Shown: positions 1 through 8,908 of the stretch, piece by piece | How the letters are laid out: the number at the start of each line of letters is the position of its first letter | Numbering within the stretch: position 1 is the first letter of the stretch | IMG/VR virus record: IMGVR_UViG_3300027278_000006 | Span: 62,001 to 126,000 of that record | Reading direction: 5' to 3' (one strand) | Origin: an uncultured virus (IMG/VR IMGVR_UViG_3300027278_000006) | Taxonomy: Duplodnaviria > Heunggongvirae > Uroviricota > Caudoviricetes | Length of the DNA: 64,000 nt | Program-made: the position numbers and the translations under genes | Notes under the pieces: generated by a model | The model's input: the letters and a program-made list of their open reading frames with translations, nothing else | Databases searched by the model: none | Told to the model about the DNA's origin: nothing

Positions 1-367
1 AACACACATCTTCGGAAGGAAGTTTGATTTCTTTTTCTGGAGGAGAAATGATTACGTTAGGGTCGGCATAGAAATACTTGACCCTACGCTTACCTTCACG
101 AATGGTAATATAAGAATCTTCGGTAAAATCAAGGTCTGGGTCCTGATGAAGACTCAAACCATTCAGGAACTGATTCAGGTCATAAACCGCAAATTCACGA
201 GGGAAATCTTCGGTAATTTCTGCCTCTGCCAAAATGTTCTTGGCAATAGAAATTGTGCGAAGTTTATTACCCTGCTTTACGAGAATAGACTGATTGATAC
301 CGGCAAAGTTCTTGAGAAGAGTCAGAGTATTGTCAGAGAGTTTCATAGTGTTTTCTTTCAGTTTCAT
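1..367 (-). CDS. gp45: Sliding clamp, T4 gp45-like (3' end runs off the window)
   Basis: Manual translation (not in ORF track): MKLKENTMKLSDNTLTLLKNFAGINQSILVKQGNKLRTISIAKNILAEAEI...FAVYDLNQFL...YFYADP, the typical gp45 N-terminus. Alternative start at 346. Confidence 0.93.
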   Translation of the reverse strand, partial: MKLKENTMKLSDNTLTLLKNFAGINQSILVKQGNKLRTISIAKNILAEAEITEDFPREFAVYDLNQFLNGLSLHQDPDLDFTEDSYITIREGKRRVKYFYADPNVIISPPEKEIKLPSEDVC

Positions 368-372
368 AATAA

Positions 373-816
373 TCAGCGATTGAATTCGGAGAGTCCATTA
401 TCTTTACGAGTATAATGCCCGTCAAAGTGGAGAAGTAGCATAGCATAGTGAATGACTTTCATCAAGTCACGCTTATTGCGACCATCCTTGTCCCCATAAC
501 GAGAACCATACTTCAGGATGTTTGCCTGACAGAAACCTGCTGCCAGTTTTTTTGCTGCCATCAGGTCAATAGTCTGAATATCGGCATAACCATCACTATC
601 ACCACAGTAATGACCGTGATAGGTAGTAGTCACATATTCTTCAACATCTTTAAGGATTTTATCTTCGTTGTATTTCCAAAGATGATTTGTTTTATCAGTC
701 ATAGTAACAGGAGTTTTTGTAACATTAAGTATGCCAGTCTCACCATTCATAGTGAGATTGAATTTATTGATAAGATTTTGTTCGTCTTCAGGTCCAAACA
801 TAAGGGGAGAAGTCAT
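373..816 (-). CDS. DUF3310-like phage protein
   Basis: FCQANILKYGSRYGDKDG..DLMKVIHY resembles the DUF3310 core F..gN.iKY..R...K.G..DL.K...Y. Confidence 0.6.
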   Translation of the reverse strand: MTSPLMFGPEDEQNLINKFNLTMNGETGILNVTKTPVTMTDKTNHLWKYNEDKILKDVEEYVTTTYHGHYCGDSDGYADIQTIDLMAAKKLAAGFCQANILKYGSRYGDKDGRNKRDLMKVIHYAMLLLHFDGHYTRKDNGLSEFNR

Positions 817-837
817 AATTAACCTCCCCCAATTATA

Positions 838-1983
838 TCAGAAGGGAAGGTTAATGTCAATCTCCCTACCACCCTCAATAGTCAGTTCAAGAGTTTCGGA
901 AGGCATTACAAAATCGGCATCAATCTTATCGTACAGTTCCAAGAAGGCAGTTTTGGTTTCATCATCAAAACGATTGATACAAACCTGAATTGCTTTTGCC
1001 TTATCACCAAAGATGCTGTAGGCACGGACGATATGAACCAGTCGGCGGGTAGAGATAATTTCTTCAATACCACCATCATAGAATGTCTTACGGATTACGT
1101 CACCCCAATCTGCCAACCGCTTACAAAAATCATCAATCTCGGTAAGACCCAGAGATGCTGCGATTCCCTGAAGGATGCGAATCTCAGTAGCAGCAGCAGG
1201 ATATGGTTGCTCAAAGGTCACGCAGAACCGCTCTAGGAACGCTTCGTTGAGCACGTTGGTGCCGATGAACCTACCGTCCTCAGAACCCTTTCCCTTGGTG
1301 TTTGCGGTGGCAATCACGTTGAATCCGGGAGCAGGTTTGACGAACCGTCCGATTTTTTTCAGGAACACACCCTTACCTTCAAGAATGGATTGAAGGCACA
1401 GGATTTTATTGGAAGCAAGGTCAACCTCATCCAGAAGCAATACGGCACCACGCTCAAGTGCCTCAATCACAGGACCGTTGTGCCAAGCAGTTTCACCATT
1501 CACGAGACGGAAACCACCAATCAAATCATCCTCATCGGTTTCAATAGTGATATTCACACGGATAAGTTCCCGCTTTAGTTGAGCACACGCTTGCTCCACA
1601 CTGAACGTTTTACCATTACCCGAAAGACCCGTAATGAACGTAGGATAAAAAAGACGGGACTGAAGAATTTTTTTAACATCAGCAAAACTACCAAACTTGA
1701 CGAAGGTATCATCTTTATCGGGAATAAGGTTTTGCTGATGCTCAGGAAGAACCGCAACATTTTGGAAAGAACGCTCAATCTCTTCTACACGCTCTTGAGT
1801 CACTTCAAGGTTCCATTTGCCACGGGAAGTTTTGTATTGTGAGAGTTTATTGCTTACGGTTTGATAGTTGAGCGAACGAGAGGCACAGAAACCCTTGAGG
1901 TCGCCAGAAGTAATTTCAGTACCATAAAGTTCTTTGATTGCTTCAATCAGTTGGGCGTCATTCACGGCAGTTTTGCGAGGCAT
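838..1983 (-). CDS. cobS: MoxR/CobS-like AAA+ ATPase
   Basis: Walker A GLSGNGKT, Walker B LLLDEVD, ATANTKG, NEAFLERF, ISTRRL; the conserved cyanophage 'CobS'. Confidence 0.88.
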   Translation of the reverse strand: MPRKTAVNDAQLIEAIKELYGTEITSGDLKGFCASRSLNYQTVSNKLSQYKTSRGKWNLEVTQERVEEIERSFQNVAVLPEHQQNLIPDKDDTFVKFGSFADVKKILQSRLFYPTFITGLSGNGKTFSVEQACAQLKRELIRVNITIETDEDDLIGGFRLVNGETAWHNGPVIEALERGAVLLLDEVDLASNKILCLQSILEGKGVFLKKIGRFVKPAPGFNVIATANTKGKGSEDGRFIGTNVLNEAFLERFCVTFEQPYPAAATEIRILQGIAASLGLTEIDDFCKRLADWGDVIRKTFYDGGIEEIISTRRLVHIVRAYSIFGDKAKAIQVCINRFDDETKTAFLELYDKIDADFVMPSETLELTIEGGREIDINLPF

Positions 1984-2016
1984 AATCTAGTTAGGTGGTT
2001 TTGTTTAACTGAAGTA

Positions 2017-2059
2017 ATTATACAATAAAAAAGGGGGTCGTGGGACCCCCTATGGACGG
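2017..2059 (-). promoter_or_regulatory. Stem-loop early-type promoter for cobS; the hairpin plus T-run may also terminate upstream transcription
   Basis: Minus strand CCGTCCA-TAGGGGGTC-CCAC-GACCCCCT-TTTTATTG-TATAAT. Confidence 0.7.
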
Positions 2060-2061
2060 TT

Positions 2062-2250
2062 TTAAGATTGGACCTGCTGGTTTCGTAGTTTATCTATGTA
2101 CTCAAGACTCGCACAATGACCCCTATAACCAGGATAATATTCATTTACCATAGCAGGAATACCCATAGCAGTAATCGCACTGTCACACTTCACCCAAACT
2201 TCTTTGGTGTCGTGATTTACAACGTGTTCTAATCTCAATTTAGTTTTCAT
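2062..2250 (-). CDS. Small hypothetical protein (likely start MKTKLRLEH)
   Basis: ATG at 2250 overlaps the stop of the upstream gene, suggesting translational coupling. Confidence 0.65.
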   Translation of the reverse strand: MKTKLRLEHVVNHDTKEVWVKCDSAITAMGIPAMVNEYYPGYRGHCASLEYIDKLRNQQVQS

Positions 2251-2797
2251 AAGTAAATGTTTTGTTTTTGACTTTTGTATCAAACTCACCAGTTCTTCCT
2301 GGTTTCATTTTTCCGACTCCAACATTCTTACCTTTACCAGGCCAAGATGTTTTGGATGTTCCTTTGAGTGATGCTTCACCCCCACCTTTACGTTGAATCA
2401 ATACGGAATCTTGGTCGTCTTTAGATGAACCTTCAGGAGCATTACGCTTTTGTTTGAGTCCTCTTTCAGTTCCAAGTTTCTCTATGGTTTTCTTAAACCT
2501 CTTCTTACCCATTTTACCAGAAGAAACTACGTGAGATTTTTCACCCACTTTTTTCTCATCTGGAGTTCCTGGGTTTTCCGTATATCTTCCAGATACTTTT
2601 GTTGGACCCGGAAGACCGGCACCTCTAATTCTTCTTTCAGTTCTTGCAGACCTTTCCTTATTTTCTGATTTTGATTTGTCACCCCTCTGCCCAGAAAGAA
2701 TTGCCATCCCACCCTTTTCGGACTTACTCATTACACGAGTAAGAGAAGTCTCTTGAATAGAATAGCATTCTACCATAAATTCCTGAAAGGTCTTCAT
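2240..2797 (-). CDS. Basic Lys/Gly-rich late protein, candidate capsid-internal protein
   Basis: Starts MKTFQEFMVE, like the T4 internal-protein capsid targeting sequence; ACTAAATA late-promoter variant at 2818-2825. Confidence 0.7.
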   Translation of the reverse strand: MKTFQEFMVECYSIQETSLTRVMSKSEKGGMAILSGQRGDKSKSENKERSARTERRIRGAGLPGPTKVSGRYTENPGTPDEKKVGEKSHVVSSGKMGKKRFKKTIEKLGTERGLKQKRNAPEGSSKDDQDSVLIQRKGGGEASLKGTSKTSWPGKGKNVGVGKMKPGRTGEFDTKVKNKTFTYEN

Positions 2798-2824
2798 TTT
2801 TATAAGCACTTTTTGAGTATTTAG

Positions 2825-5002
2825 TTAAGCAACTAATTGAATAAATTCACCAAGAATCTTTTTGTTCATTTTTTTAGAACTCAAAGACTTGACAAATGCG
2901 GTTCTAATTTGTGCCTTTGAGGCATCTTCGGCAACCTTGAACTCACTATCACTATTGAGAGCAGAGGAAGAAATACCAAAGTAAGTATGATATCCGGAAG
3001 AGGTAATGGCAAAACTACGTTCTTTCCTCCAACGGGACATCACTTTATCGTAAGTGCCGTCAGTATAACCAGTATAATTCCGAATAAAATGCCCGGCATC
3101 ACGACTATCAAGAATACGCATTCCAATAAAATTCACGCTGGGAAACTTATCACGAAGATTTCGGAGAAGAAGGTCCGTAAAAGACGTATTATTATTCCAG
3201 TTTTTTTCAGAAAACTTATATACATTTCCAGTCTTACGGTCACGAAGATAAGAATTATCTTGAATATAATTACATCCCAAATAAGACTCTCCATTATCCC
3301 AAGTACGTTTAACTTCCCGATAATACTTCAGAGGAGCTGCTTCACCATCAGTCAGAATTACACACTGGACTTTCTGAAGTTTATGTTCTTTCTGAAAATA
3401 TGGAAGAATCTGATGTAAGGCAACAAGTGACTCATTCAGTGGAGTTCCAGAAAGAGTTAGTTTATGGGGGGATTGATACTTACAACCCCCACAACCAGTG
3501 CGATCATATTGTTTGGCAACCCGGTAGATATTCTTGAGTTGAGTATCAAGAACCGAACTTTTTACCTTGCTGGTAAAGAGATTCAGAAGACCAAATGTAT
3601 AATCAACCACTAGTTCATTTTCTTTACGAACTGTATGTTCTTGAGGAGTACTAGTCACTTTACCATCGGCATCATATGAAGACCTATAGTTCCAATCATT
3701 TGTAAAGGCATAAACCTCAAAAGGAATATTAACCTTATTACAGAACCAAATAAGATTATAAAGTTGCTTGACCGTATCCATAAGAACATTACTCATAGAC
3801 CCAGACCAATCAAGAATAAAAACCAGACCGTGATTTTTACCGGTGGCAAATGTGGTTACTTTCTTAAACAAATCCTCCTGATACTTATAGGTATGAAGTT
3901 TCGTACAGTCCAGAACACCAGTCTTAGAAACTGATGCTCTGGCATAAGAGTCTGCTGCCTTACGACACTCAAACTCTTTCACCAGATAATTGACTTCCTT
4001 TTGTGCCGAACGCTTAAAAGATACATACTCGGCATCCACTGTGGTAAAGATTTCACTATCTTCGTGAATAAAGAGTTGCTTCTCCCAATTATCTTTACAA
4101 GTATTGTGAATAATTTGATTAGAAATAATCACCGAATCCAGATTCAATTTAGGAACTTCAATATAATTAGTTTCCTGAATGTTGTTATTCACCAGTTCCT
4201 TAAGGTTTTCCTCAAGAGAACTCATAGTCTTCACATCTGGTTCGGCGTGTTGTCCACCAGTTTGTTGGGTATTCTGGTCATCAAACTTTTCGCCTTGAGT
4301 TTGTTGCTCAGACTCAGAAGTCTGTTGCTTATCACTCTCACCTTCACCATCCTCTTCGGGAGAAAGTTCTTGCTGTTCTTCGGGTTGCTCTCCGGCACCA
4401 GAACCAGAAGACTTTTCGTGATTATCAATACTCGGAAGTTTTGTTTGTTCTTCTTGCTTTTGCTTACAGTAATCATAAAGAACCTTGGCAGCATCCAGAG
4501 TTTCATCAAAGGTTTCTGCCTTGCCAATCATATCAACAATTTCTTGCTCCCTATTGGTAAATTCAAGAGTCAAGAAATTACCAACCTTGAAGTAAAGGTT
4601 CGCACGGTCGGCAAGATTGTGTGTTGAAAGGTCATCATCACCAATCTGAAAGAAATCTTCTTCCTGAAGTTCCCGATAGGCACCATAGAAGGTCTTTGCC
4701 AATCCGGCATAACGGCGTTTGATGAGTTTCTCCACACGAGCATCCTCACAGACATTCACAAACTGTTGAGGAACCCTAACCTGCTCCGTCCAGTCTTCAT
4801 CAGGTGTATAAAGTGAATGGGATACCTCATGGGCAACCAACATATCATAGACACAATTACTTGCCTTCTGCCACATAGGAAGCGTCAGGACCCGCGTATG
4901 AACATTAAAGCAGGCAGTCTCAACCTTCTTGTGTTCCACAATCAGGTCTTCCGTTGCCAGAAGACGGGCAAGCATACCTTTTACTTCAAAATTTACGGTC
5001 AT
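2825..5002 (-). CDS. HEXXH metallopeptidase-like + acidic linker + VWA (MIDAS) protein, CobT-like partner of the AAA ATPase
   Basis: AHEVSH..., NVCEDARVE, E/Q/S-rich linker, FILDWSGSM, GTPL, ILTDGE. Confidence 0.85.
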   Translation of the reverse strand: MTVNFEVKGMLARLLATEDLIVEHKKVETACFNVHTRVLTLPMWQKASNCVYDMLVAHEVSHSLYTPDEDWTEQVRVPQQFVNVCEDARVEKLIKRRYAGLAKTFYGAYRELQEEDFFQIGDDDLSTHNLADRANLYFKVGNFLTLEFTNREQEIVDMIGKAETFDETLDAAKVLYDYCKQKQEEQTKLPSIDNHEKSSGSGAGEQPEEQQELSPEEDGEGESDKQQTSESEQQTQGEKFDDQNTQQTGGQHAEPDVKTMSSLEENLKELVNNNIQETNYIEVPKLNLDSVIISNQIIHNTCKDNWEKQLFIHEDSEIFTTVDAEYVSFKRSAQKEVNYLVKEFECRKAADSYARASVSKTGVLDCTKLHTYKYQEDLFKKVTTFATGKNHGLVFILDWSGSMSNVLMDTVKQLYNLIWFCNKVNIPFEVYAFTNDWNYRSSYDADGKVTSTPQEHTVRKENELVVDYTFGLLNLFTSKVKSSVLDTQLKNIYRVAKQYDRTGCGGCKYQSPHKLTLSGTPLNESLVALHQILPYFQKEHKLQKVQCVILTDGEAAPLKYYREVKRTWDNGESYLGCNYIQDNSYLRDRKTGNVYKFSEKNWNNNTSFTDLLLRNLRDKFPSVNFIGMRILDSRDAGHFIRNYTGYTDGTYDKVMSRWRKERSFAITSSGYHTYFGISSSALNSDSEFKVAEDASKAQIRTAFVKSLSSKKMNKKILGEFIQLVA

Positions 5003-5028
5003 TAGGAGTTCGTTTGTCTTATGAACCT

Positions 5029-5071
5029 ATTATACAAAAAAAGAGGGTCGTGAAACCCTCTGGTGTGCCAG
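5029..5071 (-). promoter_or_regulatory. Stem-loop early-type promoter/terminator upstream of the VWA gene
   Basis: Minus strand CTGGCACA-CC-AGAGGGTTTCACGACCCTCT-TTTTTTG-TATAAT. Confidence 0.72.
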
Positions 5072-5084
5072 TTTTGAAAGTGGT

Positions 5085-5723
5085 TTATTTTCCTATGGGT
5101 CCCATTGGTTGTGTACTTTGACCTCTCCTTCTCATTTCAGTATCAGAAATAAAAGATCCCTTAGTTGGAACATTTTTTGTCGAAAAGGGACCAGACTGCT
5201 TAACAACAACATTTCCGGGAACACCTTTTTGTTTTGCTCTTACTTCCGCAGCTTGTTGTCCCGTAGCAAACTTTACAGCATTTCCAATTGCTCTGCTTGC
5301 TCTAGATAACGGATCTTGAGATGGACCCGTATAGTCTGGGTCTACTGCCTCAACAATACTACCAATCCACTCTTCACTCATATTTGCCATAATAGCAAGT
5401 GCTGCTTCATTTGTATCGGCATAACCTTCGGCAACTAGGTGCTCAAGAATGGTGTCAAAGAGGTCAACTTCTTCTTTATTCATTCTTTTCCTTCTTTTAG
5501 CGGCAGCAGTCTTCATACTTGCTTCCTTTTCGCCAGCTCTCACAGAAGCTCTCATATTTTCAGGAGTGCGGTCTTTCATTTCCGTATCATTTGCGGCACC
5601 AGTAGCAGCAATACGTTTATTTACAGCTCTACCTACAAGTTCATCAGAAACTTCATCAAGTTGCTGATTTTCACAAACTTCCAGATATGCTTCCCAAAGA
5701 TTTCTAACTTCTTGTTCTCTCAT
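5085..5723 (-). CDS. Hypothetical late protein, candidate processed internal head protein
   Basis: TATAAATA at 5743-5750; LWEAY...LDE and EEVDLFD.ILEHLVAEGYA...AIMANMSEEW modules typical of cyanomyovirus late ORFs. Confidence 0.7.
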   Translation of the reverse strand: MREQEVRNLWEAYLEVCENQQLDEVSDELVGRAVNKRIAATGAANDTEMKDRTPENMRASVRAGEKEASMKTAAAKRRKRMNKEEVDLFDTILEHLVAEGYADTNEAALAIMANMSEEWIGSIVEAVDPDYTGPSQDPLSRASRAIGNAVKFATGQQAAEVRAKQKGVPGNVVVKQSGPFSTKNVPTKGSFISDTEMRRRGQSTQPMGPIGK

Positions 5724-5741
5724 TTTTCCAAAACTTTCTAA

Positions 5742-5879
5742 TTATTTATAAAAAAAACACTCCGAAGAGTGCTTTTTCTTAAAGGCTTTGAGTCGTGCCT
5801 TTGCCTGTCGGAGTGCCTGCGGTTTGAGTTTCCGCTTCTGCTCCTTGCGTGAGTGGTGATGCCTGTTAGGTACTTGCAT
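5742..5879 (-). CDS. 45-aa very basic peptide
   Basis: Manual translation MQVPNRHHHSRKEQKRKLKPQALRQAKARLKAFKKKHSSECFFYK; AAGGA upstream; fills the gap after gp46. Confidence 0.55.
   Translation of the reverse strand: MQVPNRHHHSRKEQKRKLKPQALRQAKARLKAFKKKHSSECFFYK
5750..5777 (-). terminator. Rho-independent terminator with CUUCGG tetraloop
   Basis: Minus strand GCACTC-TTCG-GAGTGT-TTTTTTT; T4-type C(UUCG)G loop. Confidence 0.75.
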
Positions 5880-5890
5880 TTTCCTTTTGC

Positions 5891-7606
5891 TTATGTTTCT
5901 ACTTTATACGAGAATCCTGCCTTCTTATCAAACCTTGTGACACTTTGGAATTTGTCCTCAAGTCCGGTCTTATGAGAAATCACGAATATATTAGCATCCT
6001 TTATGACATAACGAATAATCTTAAGAAACTCATCGGTTCCAAATCCATCAAGGGATGAGTCGAAAACTTCATCCATTATCAAAAGATTTGTATTTACAGA
6101 GTTCTTAAGTCTTGCGACTTCTCTCCAAGTAAATAGCAAACTCAAATCAACTCTCATTTTCTCACCCTCACTAAAAGAAGCATAAGAAAAGTTCTCATGA
6201 ATGGGTGACTTGATGCTCTCATTAAACTCTTCATCAAGATGGAAATTGATATAAAAATCCATCATCTGTAAGTAACGATTCACCTGCTGATTTATGAACG
6301 GGAGATACTTTTTAATAATCTTCGTTTTTACACCATCATCCTTGAGTAAGGAATAGGCAAAATCATAATGAACGATTTCTTCTTTTTTATCCGAAAGGTC
6401 ATCAAATGTTTTTTGAAGATTATCTCTAAACTCTTCTAACTTCTCATTTTCAGTATTTCTGTTTTTAAGTTGTTCGGTAATAGTTTGAACTTCAGATTCA
6501 AGGTTTCGGATTTGTCTCTGACTGAGTGAAATCCGAGTATTGTTTTGAGAAATCTCATGGTTGAGTTTCGTAATCTCCTGTGATAGTGCTAGAAATTGAC
6601 GCTCTCGTTCTTGTTCAAACTTCATAGTCTCCTCAAGTTCCTGAAAACCTTTCTGGAGTTCCTTTGCTTTATTTTGAGCATCTGCAATTCTATCTAGGCG
6701 AAATCTTTCATCAATACCTTGAGTACAAGTAGGGCATACCGTATTTTCACTAAAAAACTTATGCTCTTTAGTAATCGTAGATACTTTTTGAGAGATTTTA
6801 CCCTTAAGATTATTGAGTTTCCCTAACTTCTCTGCGGCACCAATAACCTCCTCTTGTTCTTTTGTGTATTTGAAAATGTCTTCTTCAGTCTTGGCATTCT
6901 CGGTCATATAAGTACCGACTTCAGTATCTAAATCGGAAATTTTCCGTTTATTGGCATTTATATTAGCATTGCCACGATTCTCAAGTTCCTCAATAAAACT
7001 CTTCTGCATTTCAACCTTGTCCTTAAGGTTTTGCTTCTTCAACTCAAGAGATTTTATTTCTTCCTTTTTAGTACGAATCTTTTCTTTGATGATAGTGTTC
7101 ATCGTAGAGAATATCCGAATATCCAATAAGTCCTCAATCACCTCACGACGATTGGCAGTCGTAAGTTGCATAAAAGGCACAAAGGTACTGGAACCCAAAA
7201 TTACAATCTGAGTGAAAGATTTATAATTTACCTTTAGAATATTTTCTTCTAGTAATTTTTGATTAATGCGGTCATCAGATTCCTTATGAAGTTGTTTTCC
7301 ATTTACTTCAATATCAAAGACATTTGGTTTGATTCCACGACGAACCAAATAATCACGACTATTGACAGAAAACTCAATCTCAACTAAACAATCCTTTTCG
7401 TTTGTTTGATTGATTAATTGATTTTTATTGATTTTCCTAAAACTTTTATTGAATAAAACAAAAGTAAGAGCATCCAGTACAGTTGATTTCCCTGCACCAT
7501 TTGCTCCAATAATTAAGTTTGTATTATTCTTTTGGAAATCAATCTCCGTAAAATGCTGTCCGGTAGAAAGAAAGTTCTTCCATTTAATTTTTTTGAAGGT
7601 TATCAT
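5891..7606 (-). CDS. gp46: Recombination endonuclease subunit, SbcC/Rad50-like
   Basis: GANGAGKS Walker A, CPTC hook, FSEGEK signature, LIMDEVFD, VISH. Confidence 0.96.
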   Translation of the reverse strand: MITFKKIKWKNFLSTGQHFTEIDFQKNNTNLIIGANGAGKSTVLDALTFVLFNKSFRKINKNQLINQTNEKDCLVEIEFSVNSRDYLVRRGIKPNVFDIEVNGKQLHKESDDRINQKLLEENILKVNYKSFTQIVILGSSTFVPFMQLTTANRREVIEDLLDIRIFSTMNTIIKEKIRTKKEEIKSLELKKQNLKDKVEMQKSFIEELENRGNANINANKRKISDLDTEVGTYMTENAKTEEDIFKYTKEQEEVIGAAEKLGKLNNLKGKISQKVSTITKEHKFFSENTVCPTCTQGIDERFRLDRIADAQNKAKELQKGFQELEETMKFEQERERQFLALSQEITKLNHEISQNNTRISLSQRQIRNLESEVQTITEQLKNRNTENEKLEEFRDNLQKTFDDLSDKKEEIVHYDFAYSLLKDDGVKTKIIKKYLPFINQQVNRYLQMMDFYINFHLDEEFNESIKSPIHENFSYASFSEGEKMRVDLSLLFTWREVARLKNSVNTNLLIMDEVFDSSLDGFGTDEFLKIIRYVIKDANIFVISHKTGLEDKFQSVTRFDKKAGFSYKVET

Positions 7607-7865
7607 TTTTAGGAGGAATTACAATATCATCAGTAGTAATTACGGCATACTTGTAGTTGTTATGCTTACAAGTCTTTATGGCAAGTTCATCATCAACTTC
7701 CACAATTTCCATTTCTTTTTCGTAGTCTTCATCATACTCAAGCATCATAGCATACCGAGTGGCATCATCCTCTTCTTCAAATAAAAATAAAACCTTTTCT
7801 CCATATTGGTCTTGAACGGCATATGCACCATCATCTTTACGACCCTTAAGAGTTAGAAGAAACAT
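7584..7865 (-). CDS. DUF3110-like small acidic protein (start MFLLTLKG)
   Basis: VLFLFEEEDDATRYAMMLE resembles cyanobacterial DUF3110. Confidence 0.6.
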   Translation of the reverse strand: MFLLTLKGRKDDGAYAVQDQYGEKVLFLFEEEDDATRYAMMLEYDEDYEKEMEIVEVDDELAIKTCKHNNYKYAVITTDDIVIPPKNDNLQKN

Positions 7866-7866
7866 T

Positions 7867-8904
7867 TTACTCCACTTCGCAAGCTTGTTTATAGAGGTCT
7901 TGGAATATACTCTTGATAGTACTCTTATCAAAGTCATATTCGGATTCATCAATATAACGATTCAGAATTGAAATAGTATTCTCTTCCTCATCAATTACAA
8001 AGTTTTCATTTTCCTGAATCTCAAAGTTTTCAACAATCTTCAGGTCTTGAATACCAATCTTATAGAGTTTGTCAATAAACTTTTCAAAATCTTTTTGCTT
8101 GGTTTTCTTACGGACGATTACTTTGACAATCTTATTAGAATACTCGGAGGCATCAAAAGTCTGATGTGGAGTATCTTCATAATAAATGTTATAGAATAAT
8201 TTATAAGGATTGTTGATTGGAGTATGCTCTAGAGTTTCGGTATCAAAGATATGAAATCCACGAGTATCATTTACATCCGTCCAGTACATTTCATAAGGAT
8301 TACCGAGATAGAACACAGTTCCATTATCAGAACGAGTGTGGTAATGACCAGAAAATACCTTTTTGAAGTTTGAAAAAAGATTTGCTTCCAGTCCATGCTC
8401 CTCCATTACAAGATGTTTATTAACCCGAAACCCTTTGAGTTCAAGGTGCCCCATCGCAATCTTTGCCTTTGACTTCTGAATAACTTTTAGAGTTTCATCA
8501 TAGTTTTCACTACAAATCCAAGGAATAAAAGTCATATCAATTCCACAAACCTTTGTATTCGTTGGGGAACTATAAGTCTTTATGTTTGAGTAATCTTTTA
8601 GGAGTAGTTCTGGAGCATTAATTTCAGTAGAATTACGAAGAAAAATATCGTGATTACCCACAATCATATGGACTTGGTACTTTCTAAGAGGTTCTAATAC
8701 TACTTTTTTAGTCCAATCAAGACCCCAGAAATCGATACTTTTACGATTATCAAAGGCATCACCCATATGAATTACAGTCTCTACCCCGTGTTCTTCTAGA
8801 GCAGGGAAGAAAACATTATCGTAAAACAATTGAAAATAGTCGTGAAGATTTCTTGAAGCTTTGCGGGCGCTCCAGTGGGTGTCTGTTAAAATTGCAACTT
8901 TCAT
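7867..8904 (-). CDS. gp47: Recombination endonuclease subunit, SbcD/Mre11-like
   Basis: TDTH, GDAFD, GNHD, SGHYH metallophosphoesterase motifs. Confidence 0.96.
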   Translation of the reverse strand: MKVAILTDTHWSARKASRNLHDYFQLFYDNVFFPALEEHGVETVIHMGDAFDNRKSIDFWGLDWTKKVVLEPLRKYQVHMIVGNHDIFLRNSTEINAPELLLKDYSNIKTYSSPTNTKVCGIDMTFIPWICSENYDETLKVIQKSKAKIAMGHLELKGFRVNKHLVMEEHGLEANLFSNFKKVFSGHYHTRSDNGTVFYLGNPYEMYWTDVNDTRGFHIFDTETLEHTPINNPYKLFYNIYYEDTPHQTFDASEYSNKIVKVIVRKKTKQKDFEKFIDKLYKIGIQDLKIVENFEIQENENFVIDEEENTISILNRYIDESEYDFDKSTIKSIFQDLYKQACEVE

Positions 8905-8908
8905 AATT

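Noticed and set aside
838..1983. cobS as evidence of a cobalamin-synthesis auxiliary pathway
   Set aside because: Only generic MoxR AAA motifs are visible, there is no CobN or other cob gene in the window, and the partner carries a peptidase-like motif
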